Assembly (NCBI GenBank): GCA_001600695.1
Contig: BCKQ01000001.1
Coordinates: 2,649,228-2,713,227 of the forward strand
From: Ascoidea asiatica JCM 7603
Lineage: Eukaryota; Fungi; Ascomycota
Direction of reading: 5' to 3'
Length of the DNA: 64,000 nt
Under the pieces are notes generated by a model that had not been told where the DNA came from, did no database searches, and was given only the letters and a program-made list of their open reading frames with translations. The translations under genes and the position numbers were made by a program. Shown piece after piece: positions 35,183-44,980 of this stretch (its first letter is position 1; the number at the start of each line of letters is the position of its first letter).

Positions 35183-37630
35183 TTATTCATATAATCCAAT
35201 TTTTAGGGAGCTAAAACTGTTTAATCTTTTCGAAGATTTCTCAAGCAAGCTTTTAGCAACGTCTGGATTTAGAAATCGTTCTTCTCCTATTGTTTCTCTT
35301 TTTGAACTCAAGCCTACTAAATCTGGATCGGAAAAGCTTTCATAATCAGACTCGCTAAGAGAGGAAAATTCGGTATCGGAATTACTACTACTTGATAAAA
35401 TTTTATTAGTAGGAAATAAAAGATTGGGGTTAGTAACGCTTTTGTTAATAGATTTGATATCATTAGTACTTGTGGTTATGGGTTTCCTTAATGAAATTTT
35501 CTTTCCTGAATGATTCAGTATATGTTCATGCTTCTCCATTTCAGATGGTGGAACTTTTTCTGGGAAAATCTTTTTTCCATTTTCAAAGTTCTTACTCTTG
35601 TGTATCTCTGAGTTACTTTTTTCTTTATCAACTCTTGTTGGATTGTCCGTTGATGCCAATGATGATGATTTATAGAAAGAAGGATTAAAATCCTTGAATA
35701 CCATGTTTTGCATTGATTCATGTTTATAGCTTGGTTGAAGAACTTGAACACTTGATATGTTACACAAGCCCTTTGATGTAGTAGATTCTGTCTCAACCTC
35801 AATTGCATTTTTAGTTCTGTTCACCGGAGTTTTGAAGGACTTTTCATCACTTTCAGATATGCTACTTTCTTCATAACTGCTTTCAATAAGGCTACTTCCA
35901 CTTTCATGAAGAATTTTTGGGCTTCCATCTCGACTCGTCTCGCCATTTAAATCCATATAGTTTTCATTGAATTTGTTACCTTTCTCCAAATCGAAATCAT
36001 TTTCAGTACTTAAATGACTATTCAATGGAATATCATTATCAAACTCATGAAATCCTTTTATTGAGATAGGGTTTTTATAGAAAGTGGCTAGTAACTTTTG
36101 ATTTGCTTTTTGAGCAGCCATTCTAGGTAGTCTTGTTCTTGCTACTGTTCTTGGTATTTTCGCCTGTTGGTTTTTGCGAATCTTTGATGATGTTTTCTTG
36201 TTTCTTATTTTAACAGAGTGGGGAATTCTCATTCTATTCTCAAACATGTATATTATCTCCTCTTTGGAAAAAGTGTCTTCACTTATAATATCATCTTTAT
36301 TTCTTTCTCTAAGAAAAATCTCACTAACCAATTTTTTTTTATTAGTCGAATTTCCAATAGGGGTCAACTCCATTTTATGAAAGTCGTTTTCCTCGACTTT
36401 ATCGGAATTAATTGAAGTCATACTAGAGCTTACGCATTTTAAGCTAGAAGAAACTAACTCGTTTGATTTTTCTGATAGCTTAGAATGTTGCACAACTTTA
36501 AAATCATTTGATGATTCCTTGAGAGGTAAGCGAAAAGGAGAAGAAAAGTCAATAAGTCCTTTTTTAGAAGGGGTCAATTTATTTGATGGATTTCTCAAGT
36601 TTGTATTGATATTAGCAGAATTACTTTTGCTTAATCTTTCAACTGATTTAACTGGACTATGAGAGATGATTTTGGTAGGACTACTTGTCTGTTGAAAGTT
36701 GTTAATTTCTTGACTTATTGCTGGCAGATCGGCTAGTGAGAAAGGATTTGATGTTGCTGATGGACTAGTTTTTTTGATATTAAGTTTAGGCAAAATTTTT
36801 ATGGTTGATTCGGCTTGGGCTTCTTTATATACTTTACTTGCACTTTCATTGATATTAATCAGGCCTGGTATTAAGGCGGACTTCTCAGCAATGATACTCT
36901 CACCTTCCAAGGTCAACCTCGTACTTTTTATTTCATTGGTTGTTCTATTAATAATGGGGAGTTGATTAGTTTTCTTTGATTGACATTGAGCAGATTCTAA
37001 TTCATTTAATGTTTCCGATGTATTTAAGTTTTCTGTTTGTTTGATTTCTTCATCAAGTGATTTATGTTGTTGATTGCCTTTTTCAATTTGGGGGAGCTTC
37101 TTGACAGAATCTGACATTCTTTTTCTCTTTATAGTTGAGTTAAATGGGGTTTCACTGAAGAAAAAACAGTGCGATGATGTTTCCGGATCAATTATTTTTA
37201 ATTGATTTTGAACCAAAACCCTGACTACATTACTGGACTCAAAAACTTGTGAAACCACATAATCAGGATCTATATCATTGAAAAAAATATCCTGTAATGA
37301 AATTATCGATAGATTATCGTCGTTAGGATAAAGCTTAGCAAATCTAATTGCTAACTCTTTTGATACCTGTAGTATTGATCGATAAGGATGGGTAATATGC
37401 AAAAATTTTCTGAAGCAGAAGTCATCCAAATTTAAGACAGTAGAGGTTAGTTTGTAAGTAACCCCCAATTCAGTAGACGGTTTTTCAAAAGATGAAATAC
37501 TAGAATTATTTGTAAATGAAATATTCGGAGAACTCTGTTCGTAATTGAAGTTAAACTTATTAGTATAACAGTTGGAATTATCGATTACAGGAAAGCCCAC
37601 TGGTACCACAATCACCTCTAGTTTAAACAT
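35183..37630 (-). CDS. NET1: Net1/Tof2-like nucleolar Cdc14-binding protein
   Basis: N-terminal MFKLEVIVVP and RKFLHIT...KLYP...IISLQD...DIDPDYVVSQVF..SNVVRVLV match the Net1 N-terminal domain; rest is Ser-rich and disordered with SP/TP sites. Confidence 0.78.
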   Translation of the reverse strand: MFKLEVIVVPVGFPVIDNSNCYTNKFNFNYEQSSPNISFTNNSSISSFEKPSTELGVTYKLTSTVLNLDDFCFRKFLHITHPYRSILQVSKELAIRFAKLYPNDDNLSIISLQDIFFNDIDPDYVVSQVFESSNVVRVLVQNQLKIIDPETSSHCFFFSETPFNSTIKRKRMSDSVKKLPQIEKGNQQHKSLDEEIKQTENLNTSETLNELESAQCQSKKTNQLPIINRTTNEIKSTRLTLEGESIIAEKSALIPGLININESASKVYKEAQAESTIKILPKLNIKKTSPSATSNPFSLADLPAISQEINNFQQTSSPTKIISHSPVKSVERLSKSNSANINTNLRNPSNKLTPSKKGLIDFSSPFRLPLKESSNDFKVVQHSKLSEKSNELVSSSLKCVSSSMTSINSDKVEENDFHKMELTPIGNSTNKKKLVSEIFLRERNKDDIISEDTFSKEEIIYMFENRMRIPHSVKIRNKKTSSKIRKNQQAKIPRTVARTRLPRMAAQKANQKLLATFYKNPISIKGFHEFDNDIPLNSHLSTENDFDLEKGNKFNENYMDLNGETSRDGSPKILHESGSSLIESSYEESSISESDEKSFKTPVNRTKNAIEVETESTTSKGLCNISSVQVLQPSYKHESMQNMVFKDFNPSFYKSSSLASTDNPTRVDKEKSNSEIHKSKNFENGKKIFPEKVPPSEMEKHEHILNHSGKKISLRKPITTSTNDIKSINKSVTNPNLLFPTNKILSSSSNSDTEFSSLSESDYESFSDPDLVGLSSKRETIGEERFLNPDVAKSLLEKSSKRLNSFSSLKIGLYE

Positions 37631-38219
37631 TTGCTCTTCTTTATTGCTCCGTTTAAGAGAGGCTTGCTATAAATGATATTTTCAAATTTTTTAAACTACT
37701 ATTATTTCTTTGAAAGTTGGATAACTAATTTTTCAGTTTTAATTTGTATATTGCGTTTAAACAACACTTTTTCTATATTTTATTGGGAATTTCTGTAGCG
37801 CGGTACCAAGCCGTGCAACCATGTGGGAACATGGGTAGAGCTCGTGTTTGCGAGTTGAATTCCTTACGCTATTAGCTTTCTTCTAAATCATGAAATGTGT
37901 TCCATCAAAAAATTAGGTTTGGTGAAGATTTAAAGAGAGAAAGCATGGCCTTCAAGGTGTCATACATTTGATGGGTTTATTGGATAATTTATAAACAACC
38001 CTTTACTAATACAATGAAAGTAATTGAAATTTCTAAAAATCTTGGTTGTAAACATTTCACGGTTTGAAAGTTAGTATAGCTTGCAAAAAAAAATAGTTAG
38101 ATTAATAAAATACAAAAGATTGAAAGCAAGATTCACAAAATTTAAAAAGAAATGAATAAGTCGTAAATATATATAAAAGCAAAAAAAGAACATTATTTTT
38201 GAGAGTTAAAAAACTCAAT

Positions 38220-40628
38220 TTAATCCCAGTCTTTTGAATCCGCAAGGGCAAGTTTCACCAAATAAGGAACACCATCATTTTTATGAAAGAAAAGTTCTCT
38301 TTTAGCATTATCCTCTTTTGATTCACTTCTGAAATCATTTAGCTTCCTATATTTTATAACATTATTAGATTTACAATTAAGATCATTGCTTATATTTAGA
38401 ATAAAATTTGAAAATCTGGGTGCAGAGATACAATGTTCATCTTCTAAAGACGAAGACACCTCTATATCCATGTCTGGATCGCGAAAGTAATAACTTTCAT
38501 CAGGTTCACACCTAAAATAATTTGAAATTGGTTGAGATTCGAAAGTTTTGAGAACTACATCTGATTGTTTTTTCTTTTCCCTTTCAAGAAAACGAATGCT
38601 CCTGATTTTATTCTCGTCATTGAAATTGGAATGTGATACCTGTCTAGAGAAATGATTTAATGTTTCAGAAAAGTCAACATCTTTCTTCAGATCAATTTCG
38701 CGTTTAACTTTGTCAGGAACTTTTATAGGTCTTTCAAATTGTTTGCGCTGGCCCAGCTCAGAATTTCTAATATTGGTAAAATCAGATTTAGTTAAGGAAA
38801 CCGACAAATCATTTTTAACTATTAGGTTCTTCGACAACTCATTTGTTTTGTTTTGCTTAATGGATGTAGCTACTTCATTTTCTTTTCTATTTTTATTTTC
38901 TCCAATGTAATCGGGTAAATTTTCTCCTTTTATAATATCTGGGATCAAGTCTGCAAATTCTGATGGTCTACTATTTATGTTATTCAATGGATTATCTACT
39001 TTTTTTGTAAACCCAATAGCAGTTTTTATTTTATGAGAATTTGCAACTTTTGAATATAATTGCATTTCAGAATCTTTTTTGGGACTTTTTTCCGAATGGG
39101 AACCAGTATTATTTATTATATCCTTTTCAAGATCAAGGTCTTCTGATGTTTCTTCAAATAGCGAATTAAGCTCTTCGGAGTCTGAGTTGAAATCTTCTTG
39201 ATATAGTACATCAGCTGCCTCATTAATATCAACTAACGTGACAATATTGTTTGTCTTTTCTGCTTCTCTCGGTATAATTTCGAGCATGTCATCATCTGAA
39301 ATATTGGTATTATCAAGAGAAGGAAACAAATTCTTGGAGTTGTTATTGAGCAAATAAACCAATTCATCGGGCTTATCTATGAAATTGCTCATGAAATTAT
39401 TATTGAATATACTAGGAGAACACCAATAGCCATTTAGTTCCTCGTAATTCTTATGAGCACCCGTATGAACAATTTCCAACTTCTTCAATAAAAGTAAATG
39501 CTGGCATAAATCAAAATAATAGAGTACATTCTCAAGATGCATTAATGGATCTTCTCTTTTCTTTCCGAGAAGTCTACTAATAGAGTACCACACAAGACAG
39601 GATGAGGAGAGTGATGCATTAATATACCCATCAGAATAACGACGGCATATAGGAAATGATTTTTTGGACCTTATGTTATCACCAACTGTTATAATAACTT
39701 TTTTACATAGCAATTTCAAATTAGGTTTCGTTATATCGTAACTGCCACCTAATTTCTGAGCTTTTTTGACTTTTAAAAGTTTATTGGTCGTGATTTTGAA
39801 CTTCAAAGGAAAACCAAAAAAAGACTTCGAATCTTGAGATGGAAAATAAAAAGAATTTAGTTGTTTTATTTCAAGTGAAGTAGGCTTAAAATCCAAGTCA
39901 GAAAAATCACTCGAAAAATCTAAATTCAAGATACTCTTCAAATGAACATCTAACTTGTAAAAGCTAGAAAACTCCCTGGCATCTTTCAATGAAATCCATA
40001 CGCCTCCCATAATTGTTTTTTCCTCTGAAACTTTTCCTCTCAATTCATATTCCTTTTTAGCCTTTTTGAAAGTAGTAAGGTTTTCTTTGAATAAAAGTAT
40101 ATCTAATAGCAAGGAAAGTTTGAATTCATTAGAACTTTCTCTCCTTAGTACTCTTAGACAAGTGTTGGTGTCTAAAGGGACAAACATTTCATAAAACCTA
40201 GTCCCACAATATATGGTTACAGAAATCCGGTCAAACTTCAACAACGGAGAAAGTTCCTCTTGTAAATTTAGTGATTTTACCAACTTTCGAGCATGAACAA
40301 GAGAAGCATATTTCTCTTTTTGAAAATTTATACAAAAAATATTTTTTTTGACCAAAAGTTTAGCAAACTTTTTTTTATCATATTTTGCAAGTCTCTCAAA
40401 AGATGATATTGAAACCCAAGAACCTATCTTTTTTCTTTTTATTATAACTTCCCTAACTCTAAGAAAATAAACTTCTATATTTGAAGAGATTACATCACTT
40501 AAAACCTCCACTATGGATGAATGAGATAAAGCTTCGACCTCATCATTTTTATTAGAGAACGTTAGTGTGTTTATATCTTGCTCTTCTTTTTTGACGAAAA
40601 CCTCTTCTTCAGTTTTACATAACATCAT
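38220..40628 (-). CDS. Orphan protein with three putative tandem KilA-N/APSES DNA-binding domains
   Basis: 802-aa intact ORF; repeats at aa ~42-133, ~134-240 and ~305-410 resemble the Mbp1/Swi4 DNA-binding domain (see findings). Confidence 0.7.
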   Translation of the reverse strand: MMLCKTEEEVFVKKEEQDINTLTFSNKNDEVEALSHSSIVEVLSDVISSNIEVYFLRVREVIIKRKKIGSWVSISSFERLAKYDKKKFAKLLVKKNIFCINFQKEKYASLVHARKLVKSLNLQEELSPLLKFDRISVTIYCGTRFYEMFVPLDTNTCLRVLRRESSNEFKLSLLLDILLFKENLTTFKKAKKEYELRGKVSEEKTIMGGVWISLKDAREFSSFYKLDVHLKSILNLDFSSDFSDLDFKPTSLEIKQLNSFYFPSQDSKSFFGFPLKFKITTNKLLKVKKAQKLGGSYDITKPNLKLLCKKVIITVGDNIRSKKSFPICRRYSDGYINASLSSSCLVWYSISRLLGKKREDPLMHLENVLYYFDLCQHLLLLKKLEIVHTGAHKNYEELNGYWCSPSIFNNNFMSNFIDKPDELVYLLNNNSKNLFPSLDNTNISDDDMLEIIPREAEKTNNIVTLVDINEAADVLYQEDFNSDSEELNSLFEETSEDLDLEKDIINNTGSHSEKSPKKDSEMQLYSKVANSHKIKTAIGFTKKVDNPLNNINSRPSEFADLIPDIIKGENLPDYIGENKNRKENEVATSIKQNKTNELSKNLIVKNDLSVSLTKSDFTNIRNSELGQRKQFERPIKVPDKVKREIDLKKDVDFSETLNHFSRQVSHSNFNDENKIRSIRFLEREKKKQSDVVLKTFESQPISNYFRCEPDESYYFRDPDMDIEVSSSLEDEHCISAPRFSNFILNISNDLNCKSNNVIKYRKLNDFRSESKEDNAKRELFFHKNDGVPYLVKLALADSKDWD

Positions 40629-41032
40629 TAACTCTTCACTTTAATTGGAAGAATAGCATTGATTCTTGATCATTGATGTAATTGATAATATAAAGAAGTT
40701 CGAATGAATTATTCACCAGCTAAATACCTAATAATCCCGTAGCTCAAAACTTCTAAAAATTTCCTCTAATTCTAGAAATGTAAAGATCAAATTTTAATGT
40801 ACCTTAGTTGATTGCATTAACAATTGTGATATAAAAGTTTAAAAAGAGTACAAACTAGCGTTTTGGAAAATTATATTTTGTGGCGTATTAAGTGTGGCGT
40901 ATAGACTTTTAAAACTGATTTTACAGAATTCCATTTAATTACAACCCCAATTTGTATGTATTTGAAAATATTCAATTATCTAAGATTAAAATTTCTATTT
41001 ACATTTACAGGATAATGTTTAAATGGTTTACC

Positions 41033-41896
41033 TTATTTTAGCCAAAAGTAGTACCATCTGCTTTGATGTCTACTTAGAGTATCGGTTTTTATGGTAGGAG
41101 TATCTTTTAAAAAGTTTTCAGTGTTCGATTCAACACTTAATTCTTTTATCGATGAATTTTCCAACGTACCGACGAAATCACTATTATTTTTTAGTTCAAT
41201 CTCTGCCTTAGTTTCTAATTCTTCTCCGATATACTTATCCCTAAAAACAGCAATAATACTAACCAAAATAGCACTTAAAAATACAACATTACTTATTGGA
41301 TCCAACTTTTTGGTATAGTTATTGAAATCTTTTCTTCGACTCTCACTACATTCCATTAGATTTATTTCTTTTAGTTTATTTACAGTTTTCTTTGATAAAT
41401 ACTTTTTTTCATTGGCTTTAAATGGAATATCTTCAGGGCATGATTTGTCCCTATAATCTTTGAAACCTTCCCGGGGACCCCAATTGCCGTAATATAACCA
41501 ATATAAAAAAGTTTTTTCGTTTTTACTCAAACTGTTCCAATTTTCTTTTTGAAGCAAACTTAATTCTGCTTTAACTATATTTTGTTCTCCAGTAGATAAT
41601 TTTAGAAAATGAATTGGATCATTATTTATGATCTTTTTAAAATCAAAATTTTCCAATAATTTTTGTGCATCTTCGTCAGATTCCGAATCAAGGGGAATTA
41701 TAGATTGAAATATGTCCTTAAAAGAAAGAAGAGCAGTTTGTGTAAGGTCTTTTTTTTTTCTTAAATTTTTTAAATCTTGAGAAGAAACACCGGAATTAAA
41801 CTTTTGTTGTGCCCATGAAATAGAACTAATATTTCTTACTGAACGAAAAATATGCAAGGAATGAACCCTTAAAAAAGAATTGCTAAGTAAACTCAT
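41033..41896 (-). CDS. GEP7: Mitochondrial Gep7-like protein (COX subunit IV/Cox5-related motif)
   Basis: Presequence-like N-terminus, WNSLSKNEKTFLYWLYYGNWGPRE motif, single TM helix (VVFLSAILVSIIAVF). Confidence 0.65.
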   Translation of the reverse strand: MSLLSNSFLRVHSLHIFRSVRNISSISWAQQKFNSGVSSQDLKNLRKKKDLTQTALLSFKDIFQSIIPLDSESDEDAQKLLENFDFKKIINNDPIHFLKLSTGEQNIVKAELSLLQKENWNSLSKNEKTFLYWLYYGNWGPREGFKDYRDKSCPEDIPFKANEKKYLSKKTVNKLKEINLMECSESRRKDFNNYTKKLDPISNVVFLSAILVSIIAVFRDKYIGEELETKAEIELKNNSDFVGTLENSSIKELSVESNTENFLKDTPTIKTDTLSRHQSRWYYFWLK

Positions 41897-42291
41897 TAGA
41901 ACAAATATAAGTTAAACAATATATAAAGGAACCGAAATTTTTTTACAGTTTATAAGAATAATAAAATCTCTTCAAAATTTATTCTCACTATGATACTAAG
42001 TGTTTGAATGATAATAGTTCAAATCTTTAGCAAAGATTAAGCTCAAAGTTAAATTTACTATCCGTGATTTCACATAAAAAAGGTTTTTCAATTTAACATC
42101 CTGCATCCATAAAACTTCCATATTTTTTTAATATTTATTCAGAATTTTGAAAAATAAAATTATTTTGGACAAATTTATTTTATTGAAAAAAATACTCATT
42201 TTATACAAATCTCAATTAATTATTTGCAAAAAGTTCATTAATAGATAGTTTCACTACAACCTCTTCAATAAAAATCATTGCTATTTAAAGG

Positions 42292-43227
42292 ATGCGTCAA
42301 AAAAGAGCTAAAGCATATAAAAAAAATATGCTTGTTTATAATCATTCATTCAAGTTCAGGGAACCATATCAAATTCTAATTGATGACGAAATAATTGTAA
42401 AGATGTCTAAAGCTGGATCAAACTTAGAAAAACTATTAATGACATGTATTCAAGCTGAAATTAAGCCCATGATCACCCAGTGTTGCATTCAATCATTGTA
42501 TAGGTCGAATAATCATGATGCAATTAACGCTGCTAAAAGGTTTGAAAGACGAAGATGTAATCACTCATTGAAGAATCCTGAAACCCCAAGTAATTGCATC
42601 TATTCCATAACAGCAATTCCCGATAAGGATAAAAAGAGAATCACGCAAGCTAAAAATGTAAGTACGCATGAGAAAGAGGATGAAGAAAATAGAGAACAAA
42701 AGTCTTTCACTAATAAATTTCGTTACGTTGTAGTTTCTCAGGATGAAACTTTAAGAAAAAAACTAAGAAAAGTGCCTGGGGTTCCTTTATTATACATAAA
42801 TAAAACAGGCGTATTGGTAATGGAACCCCTATCTTACCTTACAGTTGAGTATAGTGAGGAATATGAAAGCAAGAAGTTAACAGGAGGATTAAATGACCCT
42901 AATCATGCTGGGCGAAAAGAATCCGAAGTTTCAAAAAAAAATGTAATTGAAAATATTGAAGAGAATGTTTCCTCGTCACCTTTAGTCAAAAAAAGGAAAA
43001 GGGGGCCAAAAGAACCAAATCCATTGAGTATGAAAAAGAAAAAAAGGCAGATGGAAGAAAAAAATATAAAAAGTCAAGAAATTAATAAGAAAAGGAGAAA
43101 AAGAAAGCATACAAAGCCAGCAACTTCATCCGAGGTGAAAGATAAGGAACCGGGAAAAGAAGAACAAGCAAAAGAGATACATTATTCAGAGAAAATAAAT
43201 GTAACAGATAAGATCGAAAATATTTGA
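42292..43227 (+). CDS. UTP23: Utp23 PIN-domain SSU processome factor
   Basis: MRQKRAKAYKK, FKFREPYQIL, KPMITQCC, FERRRCNH, LRKVPGVPL, GPKEPNPLS. Confidence 0.96.
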   Translation: MRQKRAKAYKKNMLVYNHSFKFREPYQILIDDEIIVKMSKAGSNLEKLLMTCIQAEIKPMITQCCIQSLYRSNNHDAINAAKRFERRRCNHSLKNPETPSNCIYSITAIPDKDKKRITQAKNVSTHEKEDEENREQKSFTNKFRYVVVSQDETLRKKLRKVPGVPLLYINKTGVLVMEPLSYLTVEYSEEYESKKLTGGLNDPNHAGRKESEVSKKNVIENIEENVSSSPLVKKRKRGPKEPNPLSMKKKKRQMEEKNIKSQEINKKRRKRKHTKPATSSEVKDKEPGKEEQAKEIHYSEKINVTDKIENI

Positions 43228-43594
43228 GTATATAGGGTAGTGGATAGTAGAAAACTTGAAAAAAGTAAGAAGAGATGAAAACTGTAAAACATAAAATAAT
43301 TAAAAAGCTTGAGAAGCATCTGAAATTCAAAACGGCTGTTATGCCAAACCTCTGTTTGAACGGGTATATGTCATGTCACGAGCAAGCGGTCGGAATATCT
43401 GAAATCCAAGCTATTTTCACCGGTCTTTTATGGCACTGTTCTTTATAGTTCATCATTCATTAATAAATTTGCTAGCACTTTTTTATTTAATTTTACAAAA
43501 TTTTTGAAGAGCAAAGTCTCACTTAAACAAAAATTCTTTAAAATTGTTATCAATTTTGAATATTCAATATTAGAATTAAAGAACTATTTTGATA

Positions 43595-44455
43595 ATGGCT
43601 AATTCTTCCTTAAGTTTTGTGAATAATTGCAATGGTAATACCAATCATAATTCAAATAGCTTGAGATACGACAAAAAAATAGTACCCATACAGAAAGAGA
43701 TTATGAATGGTCATATGAGTACTAATTCTGAGAAGGTTGAAGATAATTTAAATAATATGGGTACCGAACAAATTGTTTCAATAGATGACATAAAAACAAA
43801 TTTTAGTATTCAAGATATTTTTGCATCTGCAAATTATAATGAAGATATTGATTTTGATATAGAAGATGAAATAGACGTTCAGAATGAAGAAAATGACATG
43901 GAACATTATAACTCAATGTATCTAACCAAAATATCTCCTTCAATATTAAAGATAGTGCCTCCGTTAAATTTTTGCCCAGTCGAACGATATCTTTATAGAT
44001 CAGGACAGCCTGCTTCCATAAATTTTCCTTTTTTAAAGAAATTGATGTTGAAAAATATAGTATGGCTAGCTTCTGAAGATCCAAATGACAATTTTATTGA
44101 ATTTGCCGAGGACCATAATATAAATCTATTATATGCGGGAATTAATGCTGATGGCTATAATGTCAACCCTTGGGATGGATTAAGTGAAAATTCAATTAAA
44201 ACAGCAATAGAAATAATTATAAATAAAAATAATTATCCATTATTAATATGCTGTGGAATGGGAAGACATAGAACAGGAACTGTAATCGGATGCCTTAGAA
44301 GATTACAAGGGTGGAATCTTGCAAGTGTTTCAGAAGAGTATAGAAGGTTTACTGGATCAAGGGGTGGAAGAATATTGGTTGAATTATTGATTGAAAAATT
44401 TGATGTTACGTCTATAAATATTGATTCTAGCGTAGCTCCAGATTGGTTGATATAA
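43595..44455 (+). CDS. OCA1: Oca1 putative tyrosine/dual-specificity phosphatase
   Basis: [56 protein letters not shown]; ATG at 43595. Confidence 0.95.
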   Translation: MANSSLSFVNNCNGNTNHNSNSLRYDKKIVPIQKEIMNGHMSTNSEKVEDNLNNMGTEQIVSIDDIKTNFSIQDIFASANYNEDIDFDIEDEIDVQNEENDMEHYNSMYLTKISPSILKIVPPLNFCPVERYLYRSGQPASINFPFLKKLMLKNIVWLASEDPNDNFIEFAEDHNINLLYAGINADGYNVNPWDGLSENSIKTAIEIIINKNNYPLLICCGMGRHRTGTVIGCLRRLQGWNLASVSEEYRRFTGSRGGRILVELLIEKFDVTSINIDSSVAPDWLI

Positions 44456-44980
44456 CACAATTTACAATGTAGATTTAATTTTCACGGTCCATTTTTTTCT
44501 TATATCCATTTGTAATTAATAACCATATTATAAAGCTATTAATACCCTTTGATTTATTTCTTGCAGGTATGGTTTTTTTTTAAATTTTTTTTTGTTCTAC
44601 AAAACACCAAAAATGCATTCGTATTCGTTCTTTTAATATCTTTTCTGGAAGCAAATGAGATGGTTTAAATGTCATATTATTGCTATTACTTGATTTTTAT
44701 CATTGGGCTATCACTTTATCAGATACTTATCGTCCGTAACGGCACGTTTTACCCGCATTTTAGAGCCCTTAAAATAATTCCAGGGCTTTACAGAAATATT
44801 TACTTTATTTTAAACCAATTTTTCTTCATTCCATAAGCAAAACTTTTGATAGCGCATAAATAAATATTTTCATTGAAAATATTAATATTAAAGTAATAAT
44901 CAATATCAATAGACAGTTCAAAGTTAAAAGCTTGATTGTTCATTACAGTATTACTTCAAATTTATTGTCAAAATAAAAAA

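Noticed and set aside
37931-37965. AGCATGGCC..CAAGG resembling the U6 snRNA internal stem-loop
   Set aside because: No ACAGAGA box, no U6 3' end or poly-T terminator in register; chance match
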